Assembly (NCBI GenBank): GCA_963827235.1
Contig: CAWHAE010000014.1
Span: 224,001 to 288,000 of the forward strand
Origin: an uncultured bacterium
Lineage (GTDB): Bacteria > Chloroflexota > UBA5177 > JANWHV01
Length of the DNA stretch: 64,000 nt
Direction of reading: 5' to 3'
The position numbers and the translations under genes are program-made. Below the pieces are notes generated by a model. That model made no database searches and was not told the origin of the DNA. It was given only the letters and a program-made list of their open reading frames with translations. Positions 9,783 to 20,375 of the stretch are shown piece after piece. Each line of letters opens with the position of its first letter. Position 1 is the stretch's first letter.

Positions 9783-10837
9783 GTGAAAGGCAGCGCCTCG
9801 GATCGACGACAGAAAACCGTCACCATCAGCGAGGTCGCTTCGCTGGCCGGCGTGTCGATCGCCACGGTGTCGCGTGTCCTGAACGGCGCCACGACCGTCG
9901 ATCCCGTGCTGGCCGGGCGGGTTCGCTCCGCCTGCGCCGAGCTGCAGCTATCAGCCGAACCGGGCCGCGCGCATGCTCGCCGGCCATCGATCCTCGCTTA
10001 TCGGTCTCCTGGTCACCGACATGCAGAACCCCTTCTTTATGGAGATGGCGCGTGGCGTCGAGGACGTTGCCCTGGAGAAAGGGTTTCTGGTAGCCCTCTG
10101 CAATTCGGCCGAGGACGCTCGACGCGAGCGCCGGTTCATCGAGGCACTGTGCGCCGAGGACATAGCCGGCGCCATCATCGTGCCCGCGAACGAGCGACAT
10201 ACACCGCTGCAGCTCTTCCTCAATCGCGGCATTCCCGTGGTCACGGTCGACCGCCGATCGCACCTCGACTCGGTGGACGCCGTGATAATCGACAACGTGT
10301 CTGCCGGCAAAGAAGCAGTGGCGCACCTGATCGCCAACGGCTATCGACGCATCGCCGTGATCGCCGGGCAGCAGACCAAGACGACTGGGCATGACCGCCT
10401 GAGGGGATACCAGCTTGCCCTGCAGGAAGCCGGTATCCCGCGAGAGCCTTCCTACGAGCGAGTCGGCACCTATGAGCAGGGCGTGAGCCGGCATATCGTC
10501 GGCGAGCTGCTGGCGGTCGGATCCGCCGCCGGAAGCGCTGTTCACGACAAACAATCGCATGACCATGGGAGCCCTGGAGGCGATTCACGAGCGCGGCCTG
10601 CACATTCCCGAGGACATCGCTATCGTCTGCGTGGACGAGCTCCCATGGGCCTCGCCGGTGGCGGTGCCCTTGACCGTCGTACGGCAGCCCGCCTACGAGA
10701 TCGGTAGCGCTGCCGCCATGCGTCTCGACCAGCGCATGCAGCATGGCGGGTCGGCATGACGCGCCAGGACATCGTCCTCGCCCACCAGTTCGTCGATCAG
10801 GGAGTCGTCGCGCCCGAAGGCGGCCGTCGCCCTCTGA
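9783..10837 (+). CDS. LacI-family transcriptional regulator, several frameshifts
   Basis: TISEVASLAGVSIATVSRVLN HTH; NPFF; IPEDIAIV; LTVVRQP in successive frames. Confidence 0.85.
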
Positions 10838-10985
10838 CTCCGGGCCTGACTGGCTCGAGCCCGAACCTGTCCGGCCGGCCGGCTGGGACGCTGAGCTTTC
10901 CGGCCTGTAAGCTCCCGGACCCTCTACGGTCGCCAGTCGCACGAGTGCCCCGGGGCCTCTGGCCGAATCCAAGCAAGTTGCACTG

Positions 10986-12060
10986 TTAGTGAAGCGCAGT
11001 GCCTCGTCAGGCCGCGCGATCTTGCCGTCGAGATCCCACAGATCCTCCCACGAGCGCGCGCCTCAGGCCAGAGAAAACCTGCCCTTTGATCAGCCGGCAG
11101 TTCCTGTCGATGGTGGCCAGCTCGGCCATCTCGCCCGCGGTCAGGGGCTCGGAGACGGCGGCCCTCAGATTGCCGAGATACTCGTTCGGTAAATCGAGAA
11201 CGGGATAGGAATCTGTCCCCGTTGCACGGCCCACTTGACACAGACGACCGCCGGGATGCACGTTCAGCCGCCGGCGATGCGCACGGACGACCGGGTCTTC
11301 GATGTCGACAGTGTCGGCTCGGATCTTGTCCCGATCCGGCCTGGTCGGTGATCCGATTGGGCTGAATCCGATGGGCACGATGCCGTTGTCCAGTCACGAA
11401 CTTGAACAGCTCGGGCTGCTGGAAATGGGGATGGAGCTCCATCTCGTTGCAGGCCGGCTTGACCGCGGCGTCCCTCAGCAGAAGCTTCAGCTTGGCGATC
11501 GACATGTTGGACGTGCCGATGTGGCGCACCAGTCCGCGCGAGACGAGTGCCTCCATCTGTCGCCAGGTGGCCATGAACTCCTCGTGTACGTATGGCCGGG
11601 CGTGCGGATCGCGCGAGCTCACGTCAACGCCCGGCGCGTGAGCATTGGGAAACGGCCAGTGCACGAGGTAAGGTCCAGGTAGTCGAGCCCCAGGTCCTTG
11701 AGCGACTGCTCGCAGGCGGGAATCACGTCCTTCGCCGCGTGCTTGTCGTTCCAGAGCTTGGAGGTGATCCAGAGATCCTCCCGCGGCAGTCCCGCACGCA
11801 TGGCAGCCGGCCAGCGCTTCGCCGATTATGGCCTCGTTCAGGTACACAGCCGCACAATCAATATGCCGGTAACCTACCTCGATAGCACCCTTGACCGCCT
11901 CGCCAACGGCCTCGAGTGGAAAGCGGTCCGAGGCAAAAGTGCCGAGTCCGATGGCCGGGATGCTTGGCGCCGGTCCAGGTCGAGCGCTGAGGAACAAGCC
12001 GCGGGATCCACGCCGTCCGGCGCTCCGGCGAACGTCTGGGAGGGTTGTCGATGCTGGCAT
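10986..12060 (-). CDS. Aldo/keto reductase, frameshifted (3' end approximate)
   Basis: IGLGT, GYRHIDCAAVYLNE, ITSKLWN, YLVHWP, IGTSN, NEMELHP. Confidence 0.85.
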
Positions 12061-12076
12061 CTGCTGACCTCCTGCG

Positions 12077-13131
12077 TCACTCCCAGACGATGGCGACTTT
12101 ACCCGTCTTGCCCTAGATCGAATAGCTCGTACGCCTCACGTGCCTGGTCGAGGCGTGAACTTGTGCGTCACCAGATCGGTCGGGATGCAGTCCCCAGCGC
12201 ACCAGATGCTCGACCAGGTCGATCATCTGCGGCATGCTGCACACCCAGGATCCGTGCAGCGTGATCTGCTTGTGGATGAGCAGTCGGGCTGGGCGCGAAC
12301 TCCACAAGTCCGCCTTCGCCGACGTAGACGACCCGTCCCCACTCGCGCGCGACTTCCAGACACAGGCGCCGCGCAATGGCGTTGCCGGAGCAGTCGATGC
12401 CGACCTCATACCCGCGTCCGCTCGTCTCCTTGAGCAGAGCCGCTTCAGGTCGTTTGCCTCCTGCGGCGCAACCACCGTGCACACCTGTAGCTGCTCGGCC
12501 AGGGCAGCGCCGTTCAGGCATGGTGTCGGTACCTACCACGCGGGCGCCCATGGCCTGGCAGAGCATGGCGACCGCGAGGCCGACCGGTCCGAGGCCCGGT
12601 CACGAGCACGGTGTCCCGCCCGGACACGCCGGCGCGAAGACAGGCTGCATAGGCGGTGCCGAGTCCGCAGGCCACCATGGCGCCGTCAAGATAGCTGAGC
12701 TCGTCAGGCAGCGCCACCAGTGTGCGCTCCTCGGCCAGAAGGAATTCGGCATGCCCGCCGTCGCGCTGCCAGCCATAGGCGGCGCGCGTATCGCTCGTGC
12801 AGCTTATCTGCCAGCCACCCTGGCAATCCGGGCACAGTCCGCAGCCCGCGATGTGGTACATCACCACGCGGTCACCCGCATGAAACCTGGTCACGCCGGG
12901 CCCCACCTGCTCGATCACGCCGCAGGGCTCGTGGCCGGCGATCACACCGCGGTACGCCTCGGGACCGCTGCCCTGGTCTGTCGGCCTGTAGATGGCCCGC
13001 AGATCGCTGCCGCAGAGCGACGACGCCTTCATCCGCACCAATGCCTGGCCCGGACCGGGGGTGGGCACGGGAAACTCGCGAAACTCCAGTCGGCGGTTAC
13101 CGGGAAGGACCACGCCTTTCATGGTTGCCAT
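12077..13131 (-). CDS. Zinc-dependent alcohol/polyol dehydrogenase, frameshifted
   Basis: [19 protein letters not shown] Zn cluster; C-terminus ...[11 protein letters not shown]. Confidence 0.87.
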
Positions 13132-13205
13132 TGCTCATCCTTCTTCCGTGAAATACAGTGCAGACACCTTGAACTTGTACCAATCACTCGACCACCGCAG
13201 CGATG

Positions 13206-13979
13206 CTACCAGGCTGTGTACCCGCCGTCGATAACCAACGAGTGTCCGGTCATGTAGGAGGACGCATCCGATGCCAGGAAGACGACGGCGCCCCGCAGCT
13301 CTCGCGGCTCGCCCATGCGACCCAGAGGGATGAGGTGCTCCCAGGTTTCGAGCAGTCCGGGCTTGCCGGCCAGCACCTGGTCAGTGATCGCCGTCCGCAT
13401 GTAGCCCGGAGACAGCGCGTTGACCCGCACGCCGTACGGCGCCCACTCCGCAGCCAGGCTCTTGGCAAGCATGATCACCCCGCCCTTGGACGTGTTGTAC
13501 GACGCCTGTTTCTGCGGAGTGTTCACGATCACGCCGGACATAGAAGCGATGAGCACGATGCTGCCGGTCCGGCGCTTGATCATGGAGCGCCCAACCGCCT
13601 GTGCGGAGAAGAACACGCCGTTGACGTTGACGTCCAGCACCTTGCGCCAGGTGTCGGCCGTCGAGTTCTCGGCCGCCTCGCCGATCACGATGCCGGCCGA
13701 AGCGACCAGAATGTCAATCGGTCCGAATTCTTTCTCTACCTCGGCGACGATAGCGTGCGTCCTGTCGTAGTCGGTCACGTCGAGCGCGCGGGCGCCCCAA
13801 CGCACTCCATGCCGCCTGCCTACTTCCTCGGCCGCCGAGCGGGCCTGGTCTGCGAGAAGGTCCAGGGCAACCACGGAGGCGCCGGCCTGAGCCAGGGCAT
13901 CCATCATCTCCAACCCCAGCCCACGCGCGCCGCCCGTGACCACCGCCAGTCTATTCTGCAGGGAAAACTCCGGTAACAT
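13206..13979 (-). CDS. SDR oxidoreductase (arabinitol/sorbose/xylulose reductase-like)
   Basis: TGGARGLG, ASMSG, NTPQKQASYNTSK (YxxxK), DGGYTAW. Confidence 0.9.
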   Translation of the reverse strand: MLPEFSLQNRLAVVTGGARGLGLEMMDALAQAGASVVALDLLADQARSAAEEVGRRHGVRWGARALDVTDYDRTHAIVAEVEKEFGPIDILVASAGIVIGEAAENSTADTWRKVLDVNVNGVFFSAQAVGRSMIKRRTGSIVLIASMSGVIVNTPQKQASYNTSKGGVIMLAKSLAAEWAPYGVRVNALSPGYMRTAITDQVLAGKPGLLETWEHLIPLGRMGEPRELRGAVVFLASDASSYMTGHSLVIDGGYTAW

Positions 13980-14050
13980 TGTGCTCTCCTCCTCGTTGAG
14001 CCGGGACCGCACACCTCGCTCGTGCGCGGCCCGGCAAGACCGTGCGAAAC

Positions 14051-15868
14051 TTATCGCCTTCCGTACAACGGTCCGAAGGCATCACAGGCGCGGAAGTCGG
14101 CCCCTTCCAAATCGCTCGTTCCGAAGGAAGACCACGTGCTCGGACGGAAGATGCGATCTTCCTCGACGTTGTGCATGAATATCGGAATGCGCAACATCGA
14201 GGCCAGCGTCAGCAGCTCAGATCCGATGTGGCCGTAACTGAAGGCGCCATGGTTGGCACCCCAGTTGTTCATCACTGAATACACATCCCTGAAAGCACCT
14301 CTGCCGGTGAGCCGCGGTGCGAACCACGTGGTGGGCCAGGTGATATTCGTGCGCTCGTCGATGGCGTCCTGCACGTTCTTCGGCAGCTCTACCGTTTGCC
14401 CTTCCGCGATCTGGAGCACGGGTCCAAGACCATGGACGAGATTGACCCGAGACATGGTAATCGGCATGCCGCCTCGCGTCACGAATTTCGAGGAATAGCC
14501 GCCGCCGCGGAAGTACTCGGTCATTCCCGGGTGCCAGGTGGTGGCGGCCAGGCATGCAACCGCCTCTTCGTTAGTGATCTGCCAGAACGGCTTCATGGCG
14601 GGGCGGCCGTCGACTTCCTGCCTGCCCGATCCGTCGAGCGCAGCTGCTCCCGAGTTGATCAGGTGGATGAGCCCTCCCGCGGCGTCACCCGACAGCTCGT
14701 AGCCTGTCGCTTTCTTCACTGCATCGGGGCTCCAGTAGGTTCGTACGTCGGCAAACACCTGGGCAGTGCCGGTAAGCAGGTGCCCGAAAAGCATAGACGT
14801 GGCATTCAAGCTGTCGTTCTCGGTCGCCATCACGAACGGCTGCCTGATGCCGTTCCAATCGAACGAGGAGCACAGCATGGCCTCCATGAAGTCGCCGTTC
14901 GGCAGATGGTCCGTCCACTGGCGCTGTCCCTGGAAGCCGGCGGCAATCGCGTTGCGGCCCAAGGCCTCTTCGCCATAACCCAGCTCGGCCAGGCGCGGAT
15001 TGCCGATCATCAGGTCGCGCGCTATCATGGCCATCTTGACCGACCACTCCCAGGCGCGCCGGTTGGCCTCCGGCGAGAGCCGGTCGGACTCGACGTTGTA
15101 GTCCTGGCCCTCCGGGCAGTTCTCCTTCACCCAGGCGGCGGCGCGACGGAATTCCTCGTCGTCGAAAATCCCGCGCTCGATGCGCCGAACGAACTCGACC
15201 ATGTCCACGGTCTCCACGCGCATGCCGAGGTATTGCTCGAAGAACTCATGGCTGACGCGTGATCCGGCGATGCCCATCGCCACGTTGCCCAGCGAGAGAT
15301 AGGACTTGCCGCGCATCGTGGCCACCGCCAGGCCCGACTGCACGAAGCGCAACATCTTCTCGCGGACGTCGGCCGGGATACTGGCGTCTCCAAGGCTTTG
15401 CACGTCTCTCCCGTAAATGCCGAAGGCCGGCAGACCCTTCTGCGAATGGCCGGCCAGCACGGCAGCGAGATAGACCGCGCCGGGCCGCTCCGTGCCGTTG
15501 AAGCCCCAGACAGCCTTGGGAACCAACGGGTCCATGTCCATAGTCTCGGAACCGTAGCACCAGCACGGCGAGACAGTCAGCGAAACGCCGACACCGGCGC
15601 GGGCGAACTTGTCCGCGGCTTGGGCAGCCTCGGCCACACCACCTATGCAGGTGTCGGCAATAATGCACTCGACAGGCTCGCCGGATGGGTAGCGCAGGTT
15701 ATCGCTAATCAGGCGGGCTGCCTCGCGCGCCATGCCCATCGTGGGCTCCTCCAGCGACTCGCGCACGCCGCGCCGGCGCCCATCGATAGCCGGGCGAATA
15801 CCCACCTTGGGCAGACCGCCGATCAGCCGATTCGAACTCGAGCCAACTTGACTTCCACCGCTGCTCAT
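14051..15868 (-). CDS. fucI: L-fucose (D-arabinose) isomerase
   Basis: IGIRPxIDGRR-like N-terminus, [41 protein letters not shown]. Confidence 0.96.
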   Translation of the reverse strand: MSSGGSQVGSSSNRLIGGLPKVGIRPAIDGRRRGVRESLEEPTMGMAREAARLISDNLRYPSGEPVECIIADTCIGGVAEAAQAADKFARAGVGVSLTVSPCWCYGSETMDMDPLVPKAVWGFNGTERPGAVYLAAVLAGHSQKGLPAFGIYGRDVQSLGDASIPADVREKMLRFVQSGLAVATMRGKSYLSLGNVAMGIAGSRVSHEFFEQYLGMRVETVDMVEFVRRIERGIFDDEEFRRAAAWVKENCPEGQDYNVESDRLSPEANRRAWEWSVKMAMIARDLMIGNPRLAELGYGEEALGRNAIAAGFQGQRQWTDHLPNGDFMEAMLCSSFDWNGIRQPFVMATENDSLNATSMLFGHLLTGTAQVFADVRTYWSPDAVKKATGYELSGDAAGGLIHLINSGAAALDGSGRQEVDGRPAMKPFWQITNEEAVACLAATTWHPGMTEYFRGGGYSSKFVTRGGMPITMSRVNLVHGLGPVLQIAEGQTVELPKNVQDAIDERTNITWPTTWFAPRLTGRGAFRDVYSVMNNWGANHGAFSYGHIGSELLTLASMLRIPIFMHNVEEDRIFRPSTWSSFGTSDLEGADFRACDAFGPLYGRR

Positions 15869-16233
15869 GTCACCAACCCCCCTGTATACAGTAGACAGAC
15901 CCCAAATGCATGCCACTGGCGGTCATGCATGCCACTCTCGTCGCAGATGCAGGCTCTCCGCGGTCTGGCGCGGGCGAGTTGTCTCGCGGCCGCGGCGACC
16001 GCCGGTCTTCGCCTGCGGACCTGAGATGGCCCCACCAGGTGCAGCCATGCCGCCCTGCAAGGTGTGACCGGACTGCGGATAGCGCCCAGCGCTTGCCTCC
16101 GGTAGCGCGGTCATTGACCGCTCGACCGGGAACGACTCCAGCGACGGCGTGCCCACCGGGCAGACCTCGAAGGCCGACAGACTTGCATGCTCGGCGCCAC
16201 CACAGATACTTGCCATGGCCACCCACGCGGGTC

Positions 16234-16296
16234 AGAAAACGCTTTCTCGGAACTCGACCAAGGTCGAGTCTATAGCGTGAGAGCCCCCCATGTCAA
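16234..16296 (-). promoter_or_regulatory. fucI operon promoter (TTGACA-N18-TAGACT) with downstream LacI-type site
   Basis: Minus-strand -35 at 16291-16296, -10 at 16267-16272; AGAAAACGCTTTTCT palindrome at about 16234-16248. Confidence 0.6.
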
Positions 16297-16450
16297 TCGA
16301 TTCAGCTGCCGCGCCTGCTTCAGTCGCGCCCTGCCATACTCCTCCGGGCGTCGCGTCGTGTACGATGAATCTGATGCGCAAGCCAGCATCAGACTTGTTC
16401 GGCGTGATCCACCGGGTAGAGTTCCCGGGCAGACGGTCAAAGGAGGTTCA

Positions 16451-17221
16451 ATGGACGCCTCGCATCTCAAGAACTTCCTGATCGACATGGACGGCGTGCT
16501 GGTCTCGGGTGAGACGGTGGTCCCCGGGGCGCCCGAGTTCATCGCACGCCTCGCGGACAGGAACGCAAGGTTTCTCGTACTGACCAACAACTCGCTGTTC
16601 ACTGCTCGAGACCTCCGCGCTCGCATGCTCCGCATCGGTCTCGACATTCCTGAAACCTCTATCTATACCTCTGCCATGGCTACCGCGCGGTTCTTGCACG
16701 CTCAGCACCCGCACGGCACGGCCTACGTGCTCGGCGAGTCCGGGCTGACCACCGCGCTGCACGACATAGGCTATACTCTCGTTGACAGCAAGCCTGACTA
16801 TGTCGTGGTAGGCGAAACCCATTCCTACTCCTTCGAGCGCATCACCAGAGCGGTGCAACTCGTGTCGGCAGGCTCTCTTTTCATCGCCACCAATCCCGAC
16901 GTGGCAGGGCCGGGAACCTGGGGCGTCGTTCCCGCCACTGGTGCCGTCGCCGCGCTGATCTCGAGCGCCACCGGTCGCAGACCGTACTTCATCGGCAAGC
17001 CGAATCCGCTCATGATGCGAACCGCCCTCAACGCCATCGACGCCCACTCGGAAGAGTCGGCTATGATCGGCGACAACATGGACACCGACATCATCGCCGG
17101 GGTGGAGAGCGGCATGGAGACCATTCTCGTGCTCTCCGGTATCACGGCCCGTCCCGCGATCGGCCAGTTCCCGTATCGTCCGACCCACGTCGTGGACTCC
17201 GTAGCAGACATCTTCCCTTGA
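16451..17221 (+). CDS. HAD-IIA phosphatase (NagD-like)
   Basis: DMDGVL, LTNNS, ATNPD, GKPNP, IGDNMDTDI; AGGAGG RBS. Confidence 0.93.
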   Translation: MDASHLKNFLIDMDGVLVSGETVVPGAPEFIARLADRNARFLVLTNNSLFTARDLRARMLRIGLDIPETSIYTSAMATARFLHAQHPHGTAYVLGESGLTTALHDIGYTLVDSKPDYVVVGETHSYSFERITRAVQLVSAGSLFIATNPDVAGPGTWGVVPATGAVAALISSATGRRPYFIGKPNPLMMRTALNAIDAHSEESAMIGDNMDTDIIAGVESGMETILVLSGITARPAIGQFPYRPTHVVDSVADIFP

Positions 17222-17308
17222 CAGGATCGGTTGGCTGGACCCCCCTTGGTCGGCCGGCGTCGCAACCGGAGGATGGGTGGTCGAAGGGCGCGGCAATGGA
17301 GGTGGACG

Positions 17309-18853
17309 ATGAGCTTCGTGCTTGCACACGACCTCGGCACGACCGGCAACAAATCGACACTCTATGACGAGTCCGGGGCTCTTCGGGGCTCCGCCTTCGG
17401 CGCCTACGATACCAGCTATCCGTACGCCGGTTGGGCTGAGCAGGATCCCGAGGATTGGTGGCACGCACTGTGCGGCGCCACCCGGAGACTGCTCGACGAG
17501 ACCGCCGTCTCACCGAGTGACATCGTCTGCGTAAGCTTCAGCGGGCAGATGCAGGGGCTCGTCCCCGTGGACCGCCGCGGCCGTCCGCTGCGCAAGGCGA
17601 TCATCTGGGCGGACCATCGGGCAACCGAGATGATCGCGGACATCGACGCACGCCGTGTCTACCAGCTATCCGGCCACCGTTTGAGCGCCTCCTACACCGC
17701 CGCCAAGGCGCGCTGGCTGCAAAGGTATGAGCCGGACGTCGCGGTCCAATCGGCGGCCTACTTGCAGGCCAAGGACGCCATGGTAGCGAGGCTCGCCGGT
17801 GTATTCGCCACCGATCAATCGGATGCTTCCGGCACGAATCTGAATGATATCGTTGCGGGCGGGTGGTGCCCCGAGCTGCTGGATCTGTTCCACGTGCCTG
17901 CCGAGAAGCTGCCCACTATCTACTCGTCGACCACGGTCGTAGGTGAGATCCTGCCGGAGGCAGCCGCGGAAACGGGACTACTCGCCGGCACGCCGGTGGT
18001 AATCGGCGGCGGAGACGGCTCGTGCGCGGCCGCCGGGGCAGGAGCCGTCGAACCCGGCGACGCTTACATGTATATCGGATCCTCGTCCTGGATCATGGCT
18101 GCCTCTGACAGGCCGAGCTGGGATGCCGAGATGCGAACCGTCACGTGGGCACACGTCGTGCCCGGGCTCTACGTGGTCGGAGGGGCCATGCAGGCGGGAG
18201 GCGCTTCCTACCAGTGGGCTCGCAATGAGCTGGCTCGCGACCTGCGAGAGGCTGCCGAGCGATCCGGCTCGTCGACCTTCGACTTGCTGAACGAGGAGGC
18301 GGGCTCGTCGCCACCTGGCGCTCGTGGCGCCATCTTCTTGCCCTATCTGCTCGGTGAAAGAAGTCCCCGCTGGAATCCGCACGCCCGAGCAGCGTTCTTC
18401 GGCATCACCATGCGCCACCGGCGCGCCGACCTGGCGCGCGCCGTGCTGGAGGGCGTGGCGTTCAATCTTCGCGCTATTCACGATGCGCTCGTGAGCCAGG
18501 GGGTGTCGATAGACAGCCTGCGCGCGATCGGCGGTGGCGCGCAGAGCGTGCTCTGGAGCGAGATACTGGCCGACGTGCTGGATTTGCCAATCCACGTGCT
18601 GGCGATTCAGGAGGAAGCCACCTCGATGGGAGCTGCCCTCGCCGGAGGGATCGGAGTCGGCATGTGGCGCGACTTTGACCAGATACGCGAGATGGCGCGT
18701 GTCGAGCGGATTGTCGCGCCGAGACCCGATAGAAGACAGCTCTACGACAGACTCTATGGTCTGTTTGACCGGCTGTACGCGGTATTGCAGGCCGAGGGGC
18801 TCTTTGACGAGTTGGCCGCTCTCGACGCTGTCCCCGGGGACGGTGGCGCATAG
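17309..18853 (+). CDS. xylB: FGGY carbohydrate kinase (xylulokinase-like)
   Basis: DLGTTGNK, EQDPEDWW, FSGQMQG, GGGDG, PYLLGERSP, GGGA. Confidence 0.85.
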   Translation: MSFVLAHDLGTTGNKSTLYDESGALRGSAFGAYDTSYPYAGWAEQDPEDWWHALCGATRRLLDETAVSPSDIVCVSFSGQMQGLVPVDRRGRPLRKAIIWADHRATEMIADIDARRVYQLSGHRLSASYTAAKARWLQRYEPDVAVQSAAYLQAKDAMVARLAGVFATDQSDASGTNLNDIVAGGWCPELLDLFHVPAEKLPTIYSSTTVVGEILPEAAAETGLLAGTPVVIGGGDGSCAAAGAGAVEPGDAYMYIGSSSWIMAASDRPSWDAEMRTVTWAHVVPGLYVVGGAMQAGGASYQWARNELARDLREAAERSGSSTFDLLNEEAGSSPPGARGAIFLPYLLGERSPRWNPHARAAFFGITMRHRRADLARAVLEGVAFNLRAIHDALVSQGVSIDSLRAIGGGAQSVLWSEILADVLDLPIHVLAIQEEATSMGAALAGGIGVGMWRDFDQIREMARVERIVAPRPDRRQLYDRLYGLFDRLYAVLQAEGLFDELAALDAVPGDGGA

Positions 18854-18938
18854 GGGACAGCCGGCGCCGGAACTCAGCCGCACCCGAACCGGCATCCGAT
18901 TGGCACACGCCGCACCTGATAAGCCAAGGGTTCTGGCA

Positions 18939-18967
18939 TTGCTTTATTAGAACGTATGTACTAATAT
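18939..18967 (+). promoter_or_regulatory. Promoter TTGCTT-N17-TAATAT overlapped by a LexA (SOS) box
   Basis: ATTAGAAC-GTAT-GTACTAAT at 18946-18965 matches Gram-positive-type GAAC-N4-GT(T/A)C in an AT-rich island. Confidence 0.75.
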
Positions 18968-18984
18968 TATTGAGCGCTGACATT

Positions 18985-20319
18985 ATGTCGTATTGGGACG
19001 CGACTCACGAGCTTGGAGCGACGATGCAGGATGATCTTGAACTCGACGAATTGGAGCACATCGGGCCGGAGCGGATCCTGCAGGTGCTGTCTGAACCGGA
19101 CATCGACTGCCCGGCGCTGCCGCTCCCGCGGACGGAGCACGCGCTTGCACTGCCCATGGCGCTCGCGCTGCACCCGCGACCGTACCAGCGCGAGGCAGTA
19201 CTGCGCTGGCTCGAGGCGGCAGGACGTGGCATCGTCGTGCTGCCGACCGGCTCAGGCAAAACGATTGTAGCTATGATGGCGATGGAGGCGACCGGCTCTC
19301 GTACACTGATCGTGGTGCCCACGATCGAGCTGCTTGAGCAGTGGCGCACCACGCTGCTGAAGAACCTCGGGATTCCCGAGTCGGCGGTTGGCGTCATAGG
19401 CGGAGGACGCCGTGAGCCGAGGCCGATCACCGTCATCACGTACCAGTCCGCGCGTATCGCCGGACATTTGCTCGAATCCTTCGGCCTGGTCGTGTTCGAC
19501 GAAGTGCATCACCTCCCTGCCACCGGTTATCGGCGCATCCCGCGCCTGGCAGGAGCTCCCTATCTGCTCGGACTGAGCGCGACCACCGACCGGATGGATG
19601 GCAAGGACGGGGATCTGGACGTGCTGATCGGTCCGGAGGTGTATCGCCGGTGGCCGGCGGAGCTGTCGCGTGACGGACACATCGCCGAGTTCGTCGAGAA
19701 GCGACTGTTCGTCGATCTTTCCCCGGAGGAACGGCTGCGCTATGAGAGTCTCAGCGCGGAATACCGCTGGTACATGGCGAGACGCCGCGGACACTTCGCG
19801 CCGGGGGATGCTTTTCAGGATCTCATTCGGCGGGCAGCCGTTGACCCGGGGGCGCGCAGTGCCTTGCAGGCACATCACGAAGCGCGCCTCATCGCGCTCA
19901 ATGCCTCGGCGAAGATCGATCTCGTTGCCGATTTGTTGGACCGCCACCGAGATGAGAAAGTAATCGTGTTCAGCGAGTACAACGCCATCGTCGACCGCAT
20001 GAGCCGCGAGCTGCTGCTGCCGTCCATCACCTACAGGACACCCACGGTCGAGCGGCGCCAGGTGCTAGATCGTTTCCGGACCGGGCGATACAGCAAGCTG
20101 ATCACTGGCCGCGTGCTCAACGAAGGCGTGGACGTGCCTGACGCCGGCGTGGCGATCGTGGTGAGCGGTAGCTCGGCAACGCGGGAATACCTTCAGCGTC
20201 TCGGGCGCATCCTGCGTCCGAAATCGGCAAGGGCAATACTCTATGAGCTGGTCACGAGGCAGACGAGCGAGGGGCGGTCCGCGGCGCGGCGCCGGCCACG
20301 CGAAGGCCACGTGGCCTGA
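18985..20319 (+). CDS. SF2 DNA helicase, XPB/Rad25/SSL2-like
   Basis: LPTGSGKT, DEVHH, GLSAT, LNEGVDVP, QRLGRILR; alternative start at ATG 19024. Confidence 0.9.
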   Translation: MSYWDATHELGATMQDDLELDELEHIGPERILQVLSEPDIDCPALPLPRTEHALALPMALALHPRPYQREAVLRWLEAAGRGIVVLPTGSGKTIVAMMAMEATGSRTLIVVPTIELLEQWRTTLLKNLGIPESAVGVIGGGRREPRPITVITYQSARIAGHLLESFGLVVFDEVHHLPATGYRRIPRLAGAPYLLGLSATTDRMDGKDGDLDVLIGPEVYRRWPAELSRDGHIAEFVEKRLFVDLSPEERLRYESLSAEYRWYMARRRGHFAPGDAFQDLIRRAAVDPGARSALQAHHEARLIALNASAKIDLVADLLDRHRDEKVIVFSEYNAIVDRMSRELLLPSITYRTPTVERRQVLDRFRTGRYSKLITGRVLNEGVDVPDAGVAIVVSGSSATREYLQRLGRILRPKSARAILYELVTRQTSEGRSAARRRPREGHVA

Positions 20320-20375
20320 GTAGCTCGCACGCTCGTGGCCAACCACTGCGGCGCCGAATCAAGGAGCGGGGTTCA

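Noticed and set aside
7436-12600. Programmed frameshifting as the explanation for split genes
   Set aside because: Multiple indels per gene at non-slippery sites in ordinary enzymes point to sequence error or decay
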